Positions 18,679 to 27,143 are shown, counted from the first letter of the stretch. The stretch is 64,000 nucleotides of DNA from Maribacter sp. (GCA_022865355.1 JALHST010000222.1:12443-76442); one strand, 5' to 3'. The notes: generated from the letters alone by a model not told the origin. Program-made: numbers and translations.

Positions 18679-19932
18679 CTATAACCGGGTATTAATAATG
18701 TTATTGAACGCAGAACCAAAAGTATAGCTCAGTCCAATGCTTAAGTTTAACTCAAAGTCCGTTGCGATCTGCTTTTGTTGTAACAGGACATCTTCTATCG
18801 AGGCACTGCCGCCAGAAAGGTTTATCTGGTCACGTACTATTTCGAAATTGCCTGAAAATCTTACTGCCAGTCCTTTGAACACTCGAACAGATACCCTGTT
18901 ATAAAGTTGCACCCTATTCTTTGAAAAATCGTTCAAAAAACTGGAGCCCCTCAACCTTGAGAACAGGTCTCCCCAAGGTTGCCTAAATTGTAACCGTACC
19001 TCCAGAGAATGATCGAATATACCTTCCTGCGATTTAAAAAACAGGGTAGGTTCGATATAATCGTTATGAAAATAGCCGATCTTGTAGGCAAAAGTAATTT
19101 CCCTCCTAAGTACCTCTTTGTAAGGAAATATATTATACTCGACAGCCGGGGAAACAAAATAACGCAAATCGAAGTTCTTAAAGGTGTCATGGCCTGCCCC
19201 CGTGAATATACCGCTGGACCAGTGGTCGGAGAGGCTGCGTACAACACTTCCCTCGCCTGAGTAAAGAACGCGTTCGCTGGTAATCGTCTCGTCCCCGCTG
19301 ACAAATTTACTGTTGGCCTGGCCCATTTGAAAATCTGTCCGAATTCTCCACTTCTTAGTGACGCGGTCACTTTTTAAACCTAACTCATACTCGAATTCCT
19401 TCTTGCTCGACTCTCTGTCCAACCTAGCGTCACCGTAAATTTCAAATAGCCAATTGTTCCAAGGGTGGTCAAAATCGATATCCTGAAGTTCCGCAAGTCC
19501 TTGGTCCGAAATCTTGTAAACCACCTTGTCCGCCAGGTTCGATTCCAAAACATATTTGAGCAGTCCCGATTTTAACGTTTCCACTAGGCCAATACGAACA
19601 TCGTCGGGCGACATATTGGTATTGGTGTCAAAAGTCCTTTCGTTTACAATGCCTTCGTAATCGCCCGATCCCTTAAAATCCAATCTATAGGACCGGCCAC
19701 CGCTGCCGTTGGCAATATCATAAATAAATAGTTTTATGTTGGCCAGAGCTTGGTCCCTCACATGGTCCACAAAGTTTATCTCCTGACGGATATAGCCTCG
19801 TTCACAATTACAATCAATGAAAAGTTTAAGGGATTCCTTTTCCTTTTCTTGAGAAACACCAACAACCGTGCACAGAAGTGGAAAGAAACAAAGCCATTTT
19901 CTTATGATGACCAGGGCATGTTCTCTTAACAT
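18679..19932 (-). CDS. Hypothetical protein, probable outer-membrane beta-barrel
   Basis: 417 aa. Hydrophobic N-terminus (WLCFFPLLCTVVGVSQ). The C-terminal half has alternating hydrophobic/polar strands and ends ...LSIGLSYTFGSAFNNIINTRL. I recognise no catalytic motif. Confidence 0.5.
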   Translation of the reverse strand: MLREHALVIIRKWLCFFPLLCTVVGVSQEKEKESLKLFIDCNCERGYIRQEINFVDHVRDQALANIKLFIYDIANGSGGRSYRLDFKGSGDYEGIVNERTFDTNTNMSPDDVRIGLVETLKSGLLKYVLESNLADKVVYKISDQGLAELQDIDFDHPWNNWLFEIYGDARLDRESSKKEFEYELGLKSDRVTKKWRIRTDFQMGQANSKFVSGDETITSERVLYSGEGSVVRSLSDHWSSGIFTGAGHDTFKNFDLRYFVSPAVEYNIFPYKEVLRREITFAYKIGYFHNDYIEPTLFFKSQEGIFDHSLEVRLQFRQPWGDLFSRLRGSSFLNDFSKNRVQLYNRVSVRVFKGLAVRFSGNFEIVRDQINLSGGSASIEDVLLQQKQIATDFELNLSIGLSYTFGSAFNNIINTRL

Positions 19933-20003
19933 TTTATCTTGTTCATTTGTTCATAATCCTAGTATTTTATTTAAATCTTAATGGGAAGATTCTTTTAAGT
20001 ACA

Positions 20004-20262
20004 CTATAGCGGCATTATAGTCTTCTTCTTCCAAATATAGTCTTCTTTTTCCAAGCAAATAATGCTCTTAAAGCACACTTGGGCAAATTCAGAATTGATG
20101 TCGACCAGTCGTTGTGCTATTTTTCCGTTCCTGGCCTGCAGATCAGCCAAAAATAAGGGTGAATCCTCGCCACTTGAATTGGCGATGACCATGCATCTGG
20201 TATGTCCCTCGTCGAACAGTTTCTTTACGCCAAGTCCCAGAAAGTGCGCAAGGTCAAATTAA
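20004..20262 (-). pseudogene. Possible C-terminal gene remnant (unknown family)
   Basis: The minus-strand frame is open from the TAA at 20260-20262 and reads FDLAHFLGLGVKKLFDEGHTRCMVIANSSGEDSPLFLADLQARNGKIAQRLVDINSEFAQVCF... The only ATG is at 20192. Another short open stretch (VDRWNWAMNYFAAGPRA) lies upstream in a different frame. Confidence 0.3.
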
Positions 20263-20580
20263 AGCCCGTGGGCCTGCAGCAAAGTAGTTCATAGCCCAGT
20301 TCCACCGGTCTACTTTTTATAGAAATATCTGGTTCCTTTTATTTTTCCTGCAGGAACATATTAAAGTTATGCGACTTGCTTACATTGCCCAATTCGCGAT
20401 GGCCGGGGTCATCACAAGTAGAGTATTTTTAAATATTTTAAGGCAGGTTGGGGAGTGGCCGTTCAGTTTACGATTTAAAATCCTTGCTAAAATGAAAAAT
20501 GGTTATTCTAATTAAAATGTCACGGCATTATCGAATAAACAAACCTAATTAAGAATAGGAGTAAGTCATAAATAAAAGCA

Positions 20581-20810
20581 CAAAATCAAAAAAGCAAGCA
20601 TTCGTGACCCGCAGGTAGCGCCATCCCCTATGCGGGATTGGCTGCGCCTTTCCCTACAAAGCTCCGCTTTGAAAATGGAAAAGCCCAAAATCAAAAAAGC
20701 AAGCGTTCGTGACCCGCAGGCAGTGCCATGCCCAGTGCGGGATTGGCTGCGCCTTTCCCTACAAAGCTCCGCTTTGAAAATGGAAAAAGCCGAAAATCAA
20801 AAAAGCAAGC
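20581..20810. repeat. Tandem array of 105/106-bp units (two full units plus a partial third)
   Basis: Unit 1 is 20581-20685 and unit 2 is 20686-20791, about 94% identical to each other. A third unit begins at 20792 (GAAAATCAAAAAAGCAAGC) and is interrupted. Each unit contains ATTCGTGACCCGCAGG, which resembles the tRNA-Arg 3' end. Confidence 0.9.
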
Positions 20811-20839
20811 TTTATAATTTTGCTTGCTTTTTCCATTTA

Positions 20840-20860
20840 TTCGTGACCGCGGAGGGATTG
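20840..20860 (-). other. Duplicated fragment of the tRNA-Arg 3' end (tRNA remnant or att-like direct repeat)
   Basis: GTGACCGCGGAGGGATT at 20843-20859 is identical to 21009-21025 inside or at the end of the intact tRNA-Arg gene. No matching 5' acceptor strand is present, so this is not a complete tRNA. Confidence 0.75.
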
Positions 20861-20965
20861 CATATCCCAATTGAGCTCCCCTGTGCAAATAGAAAACCAG
20901 GGGGCTATCGCCCCTTTGGTTCTTTGTTTGCTGTAAAACCATGAAGCGTACGCTTCAGTTTTCAC

Positions 20966-20995
20966 CAAACAAAGAACCACGCCCAATGGGCGTGG
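20966..20995 (-). terminator. Terminator hairpin downstream of tRNA-Arg (potentially bidirectional)
   Basis: GC-rich hairpin CCACGCCC-AAT-GGGCGTGG (20977-20995). It is followed by TTCTTTGTTTG on the minus strand and by TTTTCT on the plus strand. Confidence 0.7.
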
Positions 20996-21009
20996 TTTTC
21001 TGCTTGTAG

Positions 21010-21083
21010 TGACCGCGGAGGGATTCAAACCCCCAACCCTCAGAGCCGAAATCTGATGCGCTATTCAGTTGCGCCACGCGGCC
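21010..21083 (-). tRNA. tRNA-Arg (anticodon UCG)
   Basis: The reverse complement folds as a cloverleaf. Acceptor GGCCGCG/CGCGGTC, D-stem GCGC/GCGC, anticodon stem TCAGA/TCTGA with loop TT-TCG-GC, a 5-nt variable loop, T-stem GGGGG/CCCTC, and discriminator A. No CCA is encoded. Confidence 0.9.
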
Positions 21084-21097
21084 AAAATTTTATATAT

Positions 21098-21547
21098 TTA
21101 GGACAATTTTGATTTTATAATAGTTGAGATGGTCTTTCCATCGGCTCTTCCGGCCAATTCTTTTGACACCATTCCCATTACTTTCCCCATATCTTTCATT
21201 CCGGAAGCTCCCGTCGCTTCAATGGTTTTTATCACTACTTTTTCTATGTCTCCGTCGCTCAACTGTTCGGGTAAAAACCTTTCAATGATGGCAATTTGTT
21301 CTAATTCAGGTGCTGCCAAATCGTTTCTGCCTTGCTCCTTAAAAATGGCGGCACTATCCTTGCGCTGCTTTACCAGTCTTTGGACTAACTTTACTTCCTC
21401 CTCCTCGCCCAATTCAGTGCTGGAACCCGTCTCGGTTTTGGCCAAAAGTAATGCAGATTTAATGGCCCGAAGCGATTCTAAGGCGACCTTATCCTTCGCT
21501 TTCATAGCCAATTTCATCTGTTCCATTACTTGTTCCTGTAGGCTCAT
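21098..21547 (-). CDS. GatB/YqeY domain-containing protein
   Basis: Contains MSLQEQVMEQMKLAMKAKDKVALESLRAIKSALLLAKTE... I chose the ATG at 21547. The longer ORF-track start (21601) would run through the ftsZ terminator hairpin. Confidence 0.88.
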   Translation of the reverse strand: MSLQEQVMEQMKLAMKAKDKVALESLRAIKSALLLAKTETGSSTELGEEEEVKLVQRLVKQRKDSAAIFKEQGRNDLAAPELEQIAIIERFLPEQLSDGDIEKVVIKTIEATGASGMKDMGKVMGMVSKELAGRADGKTISTIIKSKLS

Positions 21548-21570
21548 GTTCCCCTTTTTTTGGACTGCGA

Positions 21571-21611
21571 AGATAAAAATAAACCCGAAAACAAATGTCA
21601 TTTTCGGGTTT
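21571..21611 (-). terminator. Rho-independent terminator after ftsZ (end of the dcw cluster)
   Basis: 11-bp stem AAACCCGAAAA / TTTTCGGGTTT with a 9-nt loop, followed on the minus strand by ATTTTTAT. Confidence 0.8.
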
Positions 21612-21643
21612 AAAATTTATGAGGAATAAAGAATCAATGTCGA

Positions 21644-23566
21644 TTAATCGACATTATCGTGCAAAAATGAATTGTTTGAGCGTAATTGAATTTCATCATT
21701 ACTGTCCTCACTTAAGGTAGTTCTAGAGAACCGGTTTTCCCTAGGCCCATCATTCAAATCGACTCCTTGCCGTTTATAGGCGGGTTCTTTTTCTATTTCA
21801 TCAATGTTATTTAAACTATTCTGGAATTTGTAATTGAAGTCCTTTAGCTTTTTTCTCCGTACATCGGCCCGTTGCTTCAATAATTCTTCCAAGGGGGTAT
21901 CCATCGGATCGATTTCTTTAAGTTCTCCGAGTGATGCCTCACTTTCCGTTACAGCAATTACCTTTTTTTCGAAGACCAGTTCATCCTCAATAATTTTTGG
22001 ATCAAAATCCTCAGCTTTTGATTTTGCCCCGGTCAACCGATTTTCCAATTCCATATAATCATCAAGACTATAGCGGGTTTCACCTTCCTTGTTATATTCC
22101 AAAACCGGAATTACCTCGATATGTTCCCGAACATTCATATTTTTCACTTCGTCGTCCAAAGTAAATGTTACCACATTTTCACGTTCGTCTTCCTCTTGGT
22201 TCTGCGTATTCAAGGGCATGTCGAAACTTATAACAAATTGATCATCATCAACCGAAGATCGAATTTCTTCGGGATCTACCACTTCAATATCGATGAGCCC
22301 CTCTTTCGATTGGATAATTACAAAATCGTCTTCCGAGACATTTTTGGCGATGACTTCTTCATAAAAAACATTGAAATTTCGAATATACTTTGAAGTAGGA
22401 ATAAGCTCCATGGGGTCTTCCTCAATAAATATTTGTTTCGTTTCGGAAACTTCCAGTATATCATCTTCTTCTACCAAGTTATGGACAATAGGACTCGAGC
22501 TTAAATGATGTACGGCCTTTTGTTCGTCTTCAAGGGTATGTATAATTTTTTTTGATTCGGTGTTCACGATATCGTCTTGTTGATCAATGTGAAATCCCGT
22601 AGCAATGACCGTTACGGCAATGGCCTCTCCCAATTCGGCATCCTCGCCTACTCCCATGATGATATTGGCCCCATGACCTGCTTCGATTTGAATGTGATCA
22701 TTGATTTCCCCGATTTCATCAATTGTGATTTCCTTAGAGCCCGAAACGATAAGCAATAGAACATTTTTGGCGCCCGAAATCTTATTATCGTTCAGTAATG
22801 GTGAATCGAGGGCCTTCATAATCGCCTCATTCGCCCTAGCCGATCCAGAGGCAATGGCCGAACCCATGATTGCCGTTCCGCTGTTTGAAAGTACCGTTTT
22901 GGCATCACGCAAATCGATATTTTGCGTATAGTGGTGAGTTATTACCTCGGCAATACCACGGGCTGCCGTGGCCAATACTTCATCAGCTTTAGAGAAACCT
23001 GCCTTAAAGCCAAGATTTCCGTATACTTCCCTAAGCTTATTGTTATTGATAACGATGAGCGAATCTACGTTGCTACGTAATTTTTCAATTCCTAGTTGGG
23101 CCTGTTGACACCGCATTTTGCCTTCAAATTGAAACGGCATCGTTACAATTCCCACGGTGAGTATATCCAATTCCTTTGCAAGTTTGGCAATGACCGGAGC
23201 AGCACCAGTACCTGTTCCCCCACCCATTCCGGCAGTAATAAAAACCATTTTCGTGGTATGATCCAACATACCCTTTATATCTTCTAGACTCTCTATCGCC
23301 GCCTGTTCCCCTACTTCAGGATTGGCACCAGCCCCTAGTCCTTCGGTAAGCGAAACCCCCAACTGAATTTTTACAGGTACCGGACTGTTGTTGAGTGCCT
23401 GTGAATCGGTATTAAGGATGACAAAATCTACTCCATTAATACCTGCCTTGAACATATGGTTTATGGCGTTACTACCTCCGCCACCGACTCCGATGACCTT
23501 AATTACATTGCTTTGATTCTTGGGTAGATCAAAAGCGATTCCTTCAAATTCGGTGTTGTTGCTCAT
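21644..23566 (-). CDS. ftsZ: Cell division protein FtsZ (long C-terminal linker)
   Basis: 640 aa. Tubulin signature [13 protein letters not shown], also [13 protein letters not shown]. Acidic linker and a conserved C-terminal peptide ...SFLHDNVD. Confidence 0.97.
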   Translation of the reverse strand: MSNNTEFEGIAFDLPKNQSNVIKVIGVGGGGSNAINHMFKAGINGVDFVILNTDSQALNNSPVPVKIQLGVSLTEGLGAGANPEVGEQAAIESLEDIKGMLDHTTKMVFITAGMGGGTGTGAAPVIAKLAKELDILTVGIVTMPFQFEGKMRCQQAQLGIEKLRSNVDSLIVINNNKLREVYGNLGFKAGFSKADEVLATAARGIAEVITHHYTQNIDLRDAKTVLSNSGTAIMGSAIASGSARANEAIMKALDSPLLNDNKISGAKNVLLLIVSGSKEITIDEIGEINDHIQIEAGHGANIIMGVGEDAELGEAIAVTVIATGFHIDQQDDIVNTESKKIIHTLEDEQKAVHHLSSSPIVHNLVEEDDILEVSETKQIFIEEDPMELIPTSKYIRNFNVFYEEVIAKNVSEDDFVIIQSKEGLIDIEVVDPEEIRSSVDDDQFVISFDMPLNTQNQEEDERENVVTFTLDDEVKNMNVREHIEVIPVLEYNKEGETRYSLDDYMELENRLTGAKSKAEDFDPKIIEDELVFEKKVIAVTESEASLGELKEIDPMDTPLEELLKQRADVRRKKLKDFNYKFQNSLNNIDEIEKEPAYKRQGVDLNDGPRENRFSRTTLSEDSNDEIQLRSNNSFLHDNVD

Positions 23567-23613
23567 ACTCTTTATATTACTGGTTATGTTTTATTTTTTA
23601 AGTAAGCGAAAAC

Positions 23614-24948
23614 CTATTCGGCATTATCCAAAAAATCCTTTAGTTTCTCCGACCATTTATCAAAAACTGATTTTCTTTCACGTTTCTGTGTGTTGGTAGT
23701 TGCCATCGTTTCTTGATTACCCCCCTGATCGGCAAACACAAGTTCTTTTTCTATTGCTTTATTTCCCGAGTTCAGAGGGCCACGGCGTTTGTTTTTGACA
23801 GCATTCATCAAGAGACCCACGGCAGTAGCATATAACGGACTTGCCACATCATCATCTGAATCGCCGGCCAAATGCTCATTGGGATATCCGATTCGTGTAT
23901 CCATACCGGTTATATATTCTACCAATTGCTTTAAATGCTTCAATTGACTGCCACCACCGGTAAGGACAATACCTGCTATGAGCTTCTTTTTTTGCTCTTC
24001 ATGGCCGTAATTCTTAATCTCGACATACACCTGCTCGACAATTTCTACGACCCGGGCATGTATGATCTTTGAAAGGTTTTTTAGGGTGATTTCCTTCGGC
24101 TCCCTGCCCCTTAATCCAGGAATAGACACGATTTCATTATCCTTATTTTCGCCAGGCCAGGCAGAACCAAACTTGATCTTCAACAGTTCGGCCTGCTTCT
24201 CGATGATCGAACAGCCTTCCTTTATATCCTCGGTTATGACCCCGCCACCGAAGGGAATTACCGCAGTATGTCGTATAATACCATCTTTAAAAATGGCTAG
24301 ATCGGTTGTACCCCCACCGATATCGATCAAGGCCACACCTGCTTCTTTTTCTTCCTGGCTTAATACCGCCTCCGAGGATGCCAAAGGTTCCAAGGTGATG
24401 TTCCCCAAATTCAAACCGGCACTTTTTATGCATCTGCCCACATTTTTTATAGAGGATACCTGCCCAACGACCACATGAAAATTCGCCTCCAATCGCCCTC
24501 CGTACATTCCAATGGGCTGCTTAATTTCCGCCTGGCCGTCTACCTTGTATTCTTGTGGCAATACGTGAATTATTTCTTCGCCCGGCAACATTACCAATTT
24601 ATAGACTTGATTGCACAGCTTATCCAAATCGTCCTCATTGATAACCTCCTCCGAATCTACCCGGGTGATGTAATCACTATGCTGCAGACTTCGGATGTGC
24701 TGACCTGCAATGCCCACAACCACCGAACTGATTTTCAAACCTGAATTTGCCTCGGCCTCCTCAACAGCTTGCTGAATAGATTTTATGGTTTGTGTAATAT
24801 TGTTCACAACACCACGATGCACCCCCAAACTTTTTGATTTACCTATGCCCAGTACCTCAATTTTACCGTATTCGTTCTCTTTGCCTATGATGGCCACGAT
24901 CTTGGTGGTTCCTATGTCCAATCCAACTGAATAATTAATTTGTTCCAT
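23614..24948 (-). CDS. ftsA: Cell division protein FtsA
   Basis: 444 aa. Actin-fold motifs VGLDIGTTKIVAIIG and DIGGGTTDLAIF. Confidence 0.96.
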   Translation of the reverse strand: MEQINYSVGLDIGTTKIVAIIGKENEYGKIEVLGIGKSKSLGVHRGVVNNITQTIKSIQQAVEEAEANSGLKISSVVVGIAGQHIRSLQHSDYITRVDSEEVINEDDLDKLCNQVYKLVMLPGEEIIHVLPQEYKVDGQAEIKQPIGMYGGRLEANFHVVVGQVSSIKNVGRCIKSAGLNLGNITLEPLASSEAVLSQEEKEAGVALIDIGGGTTDLAIFKDGIIRHTAVIPFGGGVITEDIKEGCSIIEKQAELLKIKFGSAWPGENKDNEIVSIPGLRGREPKEITLKNLSKIIHARVVEIVEQVYVEIKNYGHEEQKKKLIAGIVLTGGGSQLKHLKQLVEYITGMDTRIGYPNEHLAGDSDDDVASPLYATAVGLLMNAVKNKRRGPLNSGNKAIEKELVFADQGGNQETMATTNTQKRERKSVFDKWSEKLKDFLDNAE

Positions 24949-24957
24949 GCTATTCGT

Positions 24958-25677
24958 TTAAATTTTGGTGCACACTACTTGATTACTGAATTCCAAACTA
25001 ACCGTCTTAAATTCATCTAATGTCTTATCCTTATTGGCCTTTATATAAAAAGCCCTGAAATTGTTGAATTTCTCCGCTAAATTTTCAATACCACCTAAGT
25101 CCACGATAAAATTTTCCATACGAAACTTCAATTGATACTTGTTCTCATCTACTACATGAATACCGATAACATTTTTTCTAAGAAACTCATCGGTGTTGAT
25201 ATATTTCAGGATTTCATAGACATCCTCCAGACTTTTCCCTGTAACTTTTCCGGTAATAATAGGCACCCTGGCCGAGTGTGTCATGGAAAACGGCATACGT
25301 TTTCCTTCATCATCCAGATAAAATTTTGTAATCCCCTCAATTCTTCCGATTGGCTTGCGCTGCACGATCTTAGACGTAAGCTCACCATCAATAGTAAGAT
25401 AAACTTGGGCGCTTTTTACCATTTCATTGGCCTCGATGACCTTTTCCATAGTATTCAAAACTAATTTTTCTTTAGGGACATTTATGAGCGGGCCATAATT
25501 TTGTATTAACAATTTATTAACCATTCCTTCAGAAATGTAAAGGTTCTGATCTCCAAGGAATTGTATCTTCATTCCATTGATCATTTTCTTCTCGTGCCGG
25601 CCATTCGAAAAAGCATAAAGCCCTGCGATGGCCAGTAATAGCACCATCATTTTTAGGTAATTCCAATTAATGCGCAT
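24958..25677 (-). CDS. ftsQ: Cell division protein FtsQ
   Basis: Single TM segment (LKMMVLLLAIAGLYAF) followed by a POTRA-like domain, in the position between murC and ftsA. I chose the ATG at 25677 (MRINWNYLK), which overlaps the murC stop by 11 nt. The ORF track extends the start to 25728. Confidence 0.8.
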   Translation of the reverse strand: MRINWNYLKMMVLLLAIAGLYAFSNGRHEKKMINGMKIQFLGDQNLYISEGMVNKLLIQNYGPLINVPKEKLVLNTMEKVIEANEMVKSAQVYLTIDGELTSKIVQRKPIGRIEGITKFYLDDEGKRMPFSMTHSARVPIITGKVTGKSLEDVYEILKYINTDEFLRKNVIGIHVVDENKYQLKFRMENFIVDLGGIENLAEKFNNFRAFYIKANKDKTLDEFKTVSLEFSNQVVCTKI

Positions 25678-27019
25678 ATTCCAATTCTTTTTTAATTCTT
25701 GATACTTCGAGTCCGATATCCCCTGCACCCAGTGTTACCAGCACATCGGGGTTTAGATTTTTGATTTCTTTCGTCAATTCTGATTTAGTCACGAGTTTTT
25801 TATGGGGATTTTTTATTTTTTCCAAGAGCCACTTTGATGAAATTCCTTTTATTGGCTTTTCACGCGCCGGATAAATCTCTAGAAGCAAAATACCGTCGAA
25901 CTTTGCCAAACTTTCGGCGAACCCATCGGCAAAATCACGCGTTCTGGAAAATAGGTGCGGTTGAAATACCACTACAATTTTTTTATTTGGGTGCATTTCT
26001 ATGATGGCATTATAAACGGCATTGATTTCGGCAGGATGGTGTGCATAATCATCAATGAAAATGAAATCATCCTCTTTTATTTTATACGAAAAACGACGTT
26101 GCACTCCCTTGAACGTAGCCAAAGCTCCTGCTAATTGGGAAGCTGGACAACCTGTTTGAAGCGCCATGGCAAAAGCTACCAATCCGTTTAAAAGATTATG
26201 CCGGCCTGGTTTGCTGAATTTAACCCCCGTTAGGGTAGCTTCGGGGGTTTTCAAATCAAAAACGTAGGTTCCATGTTCTATTTTGATATTGCGAATGCAA
26301 TAATCGGCATTATCCTCAATGCCATACGTAATTCCTTTTAACGGAAGTCCGTTGCGCACGAATAGTTTTCCACCGGGCCGTACCCTTTTCGAAAATTCCT
26401 CAAATGATTTTATGAGGGCCTCGTGATCGCCATAGATATCTAAATGATCCGCATCCATTGAGGTGATACATGCTACATCTGGGAACAGTCTCAGAAAGGA
26501 ACGATCAAACTCATCGGCCTCTACCACCGAATACTTTGTTCCCTGGAAAAAGAAATTACTATTGAAATCCTCGGAAATACCTCCCAAAAATGCCGTAAAA
26601 GACGTATTGGTCTCCTTTAACAAATGAGCGAGGATACATGAGGTGGTGGTCTTTCCGTGGGTTCCAGCTACCGCAAAACAAAAAGTATCCTTGGTAATCA
26701 AGCCTAATACTTCCGATCGTTTCTTGATCTGAAAAGCATGCTTTAAAAAATATTGATACTCGTTATGCACTATGGAAACGGCAGGGGTGTAGACGATTAA
26801 GGTAGTGTTTGCCTCTAAAAATTCTTTTGGCACCTGCTTAATGTCATCGTCATAGTGAACCGCTATACCTAATTCAGCCAACTGTTTGGTCAATGGCGTT
26901 TCGGTTTTGTCATAGCCCGCTACCTTTTTGTCAATGAACATGAAATAACGGGCCAAGGCAGACATACCGATACCTCCGATTCCGATGAACTAGACGTTAT
27001 GTATTTTAGTTAAATCCAT
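25667..27019 (-). CDS. murC: UDP-N-acetylmuramate--L-alanine ligase, interrupted by an in-frame TAG at 26990-26992 (uninterrupted ORF is 25667-26965)
   Basis: The minus-strand 5' end reads MDLTKIHNV*FIGIGGIGMSALARYF... The remaining 432 aa carry Mur-ligase motifs (AVAGTHGKTTTS, DADHLD). The glycine-rich loop FIGIGGIG lies between the stop and the first in-frame ATG. Confidence 0.9.
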
Positions 27020-27143
27020 TATTTACCCTATTCGCAAATGTTCAATTCACTATTTTTTCGCCGTTTTTAGCTTACCCTACAAAAATCTGAGCCTCTACTG
27101 CTACGGGTAAGATGTATGGGCCTACCAGAGCTGAATGGTCGAT

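Noticed and set aside
20581-20810. Possible CRISPR array.
   Set aside because: - The units are contiguous 105-bp tandem copies with no unique spacers between them.
- There are only two full copies.
- There are no cas genes anywhere in the window.
20630-20944. ORFs of 104 aa (+) and 83 aa (-) spanning the tandem repeats next to tRNA-Arg.
   Set aside because: - Their translations simply repeat (for example RDWLRLSLQSSALKMEK twice) because they read through the 105-bp DNA repeats.
- They also run into the tRNA remnant.
- There is no start context or domain. I treated them as non-coding repeat sequence.
21548-21601. Longer start for the GatB/YqeY gene (MTFVFGFIFIFAVQKKGN...).
   Set aside because: - The extra 18 codons are the translation of the ftsZ terminator hairpin and its T-run.
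- YqeY proteins start at the MSLQEQ-type sequence.
21129-21629. 166-aa plus-strand ORF overlapping the GatB/YqeY gene.
   Set aside because: - It is fully antisense to a gene with a clear family match.
- Its translation is Ser/Phe-rich and low in complexity.
- It is the typical shadow ORF of a Lys/Glu-rich gene.
26990-26992. Genome-wide reassignment of TAG to a sense codon, as an explanation for the murC stop.
   Set aside because: - TAG terminates pnp at its expected C-terminus (5761-5763) and the methyltransferase (15092-15094).
- A general reassignment is therefore not supported by this window.
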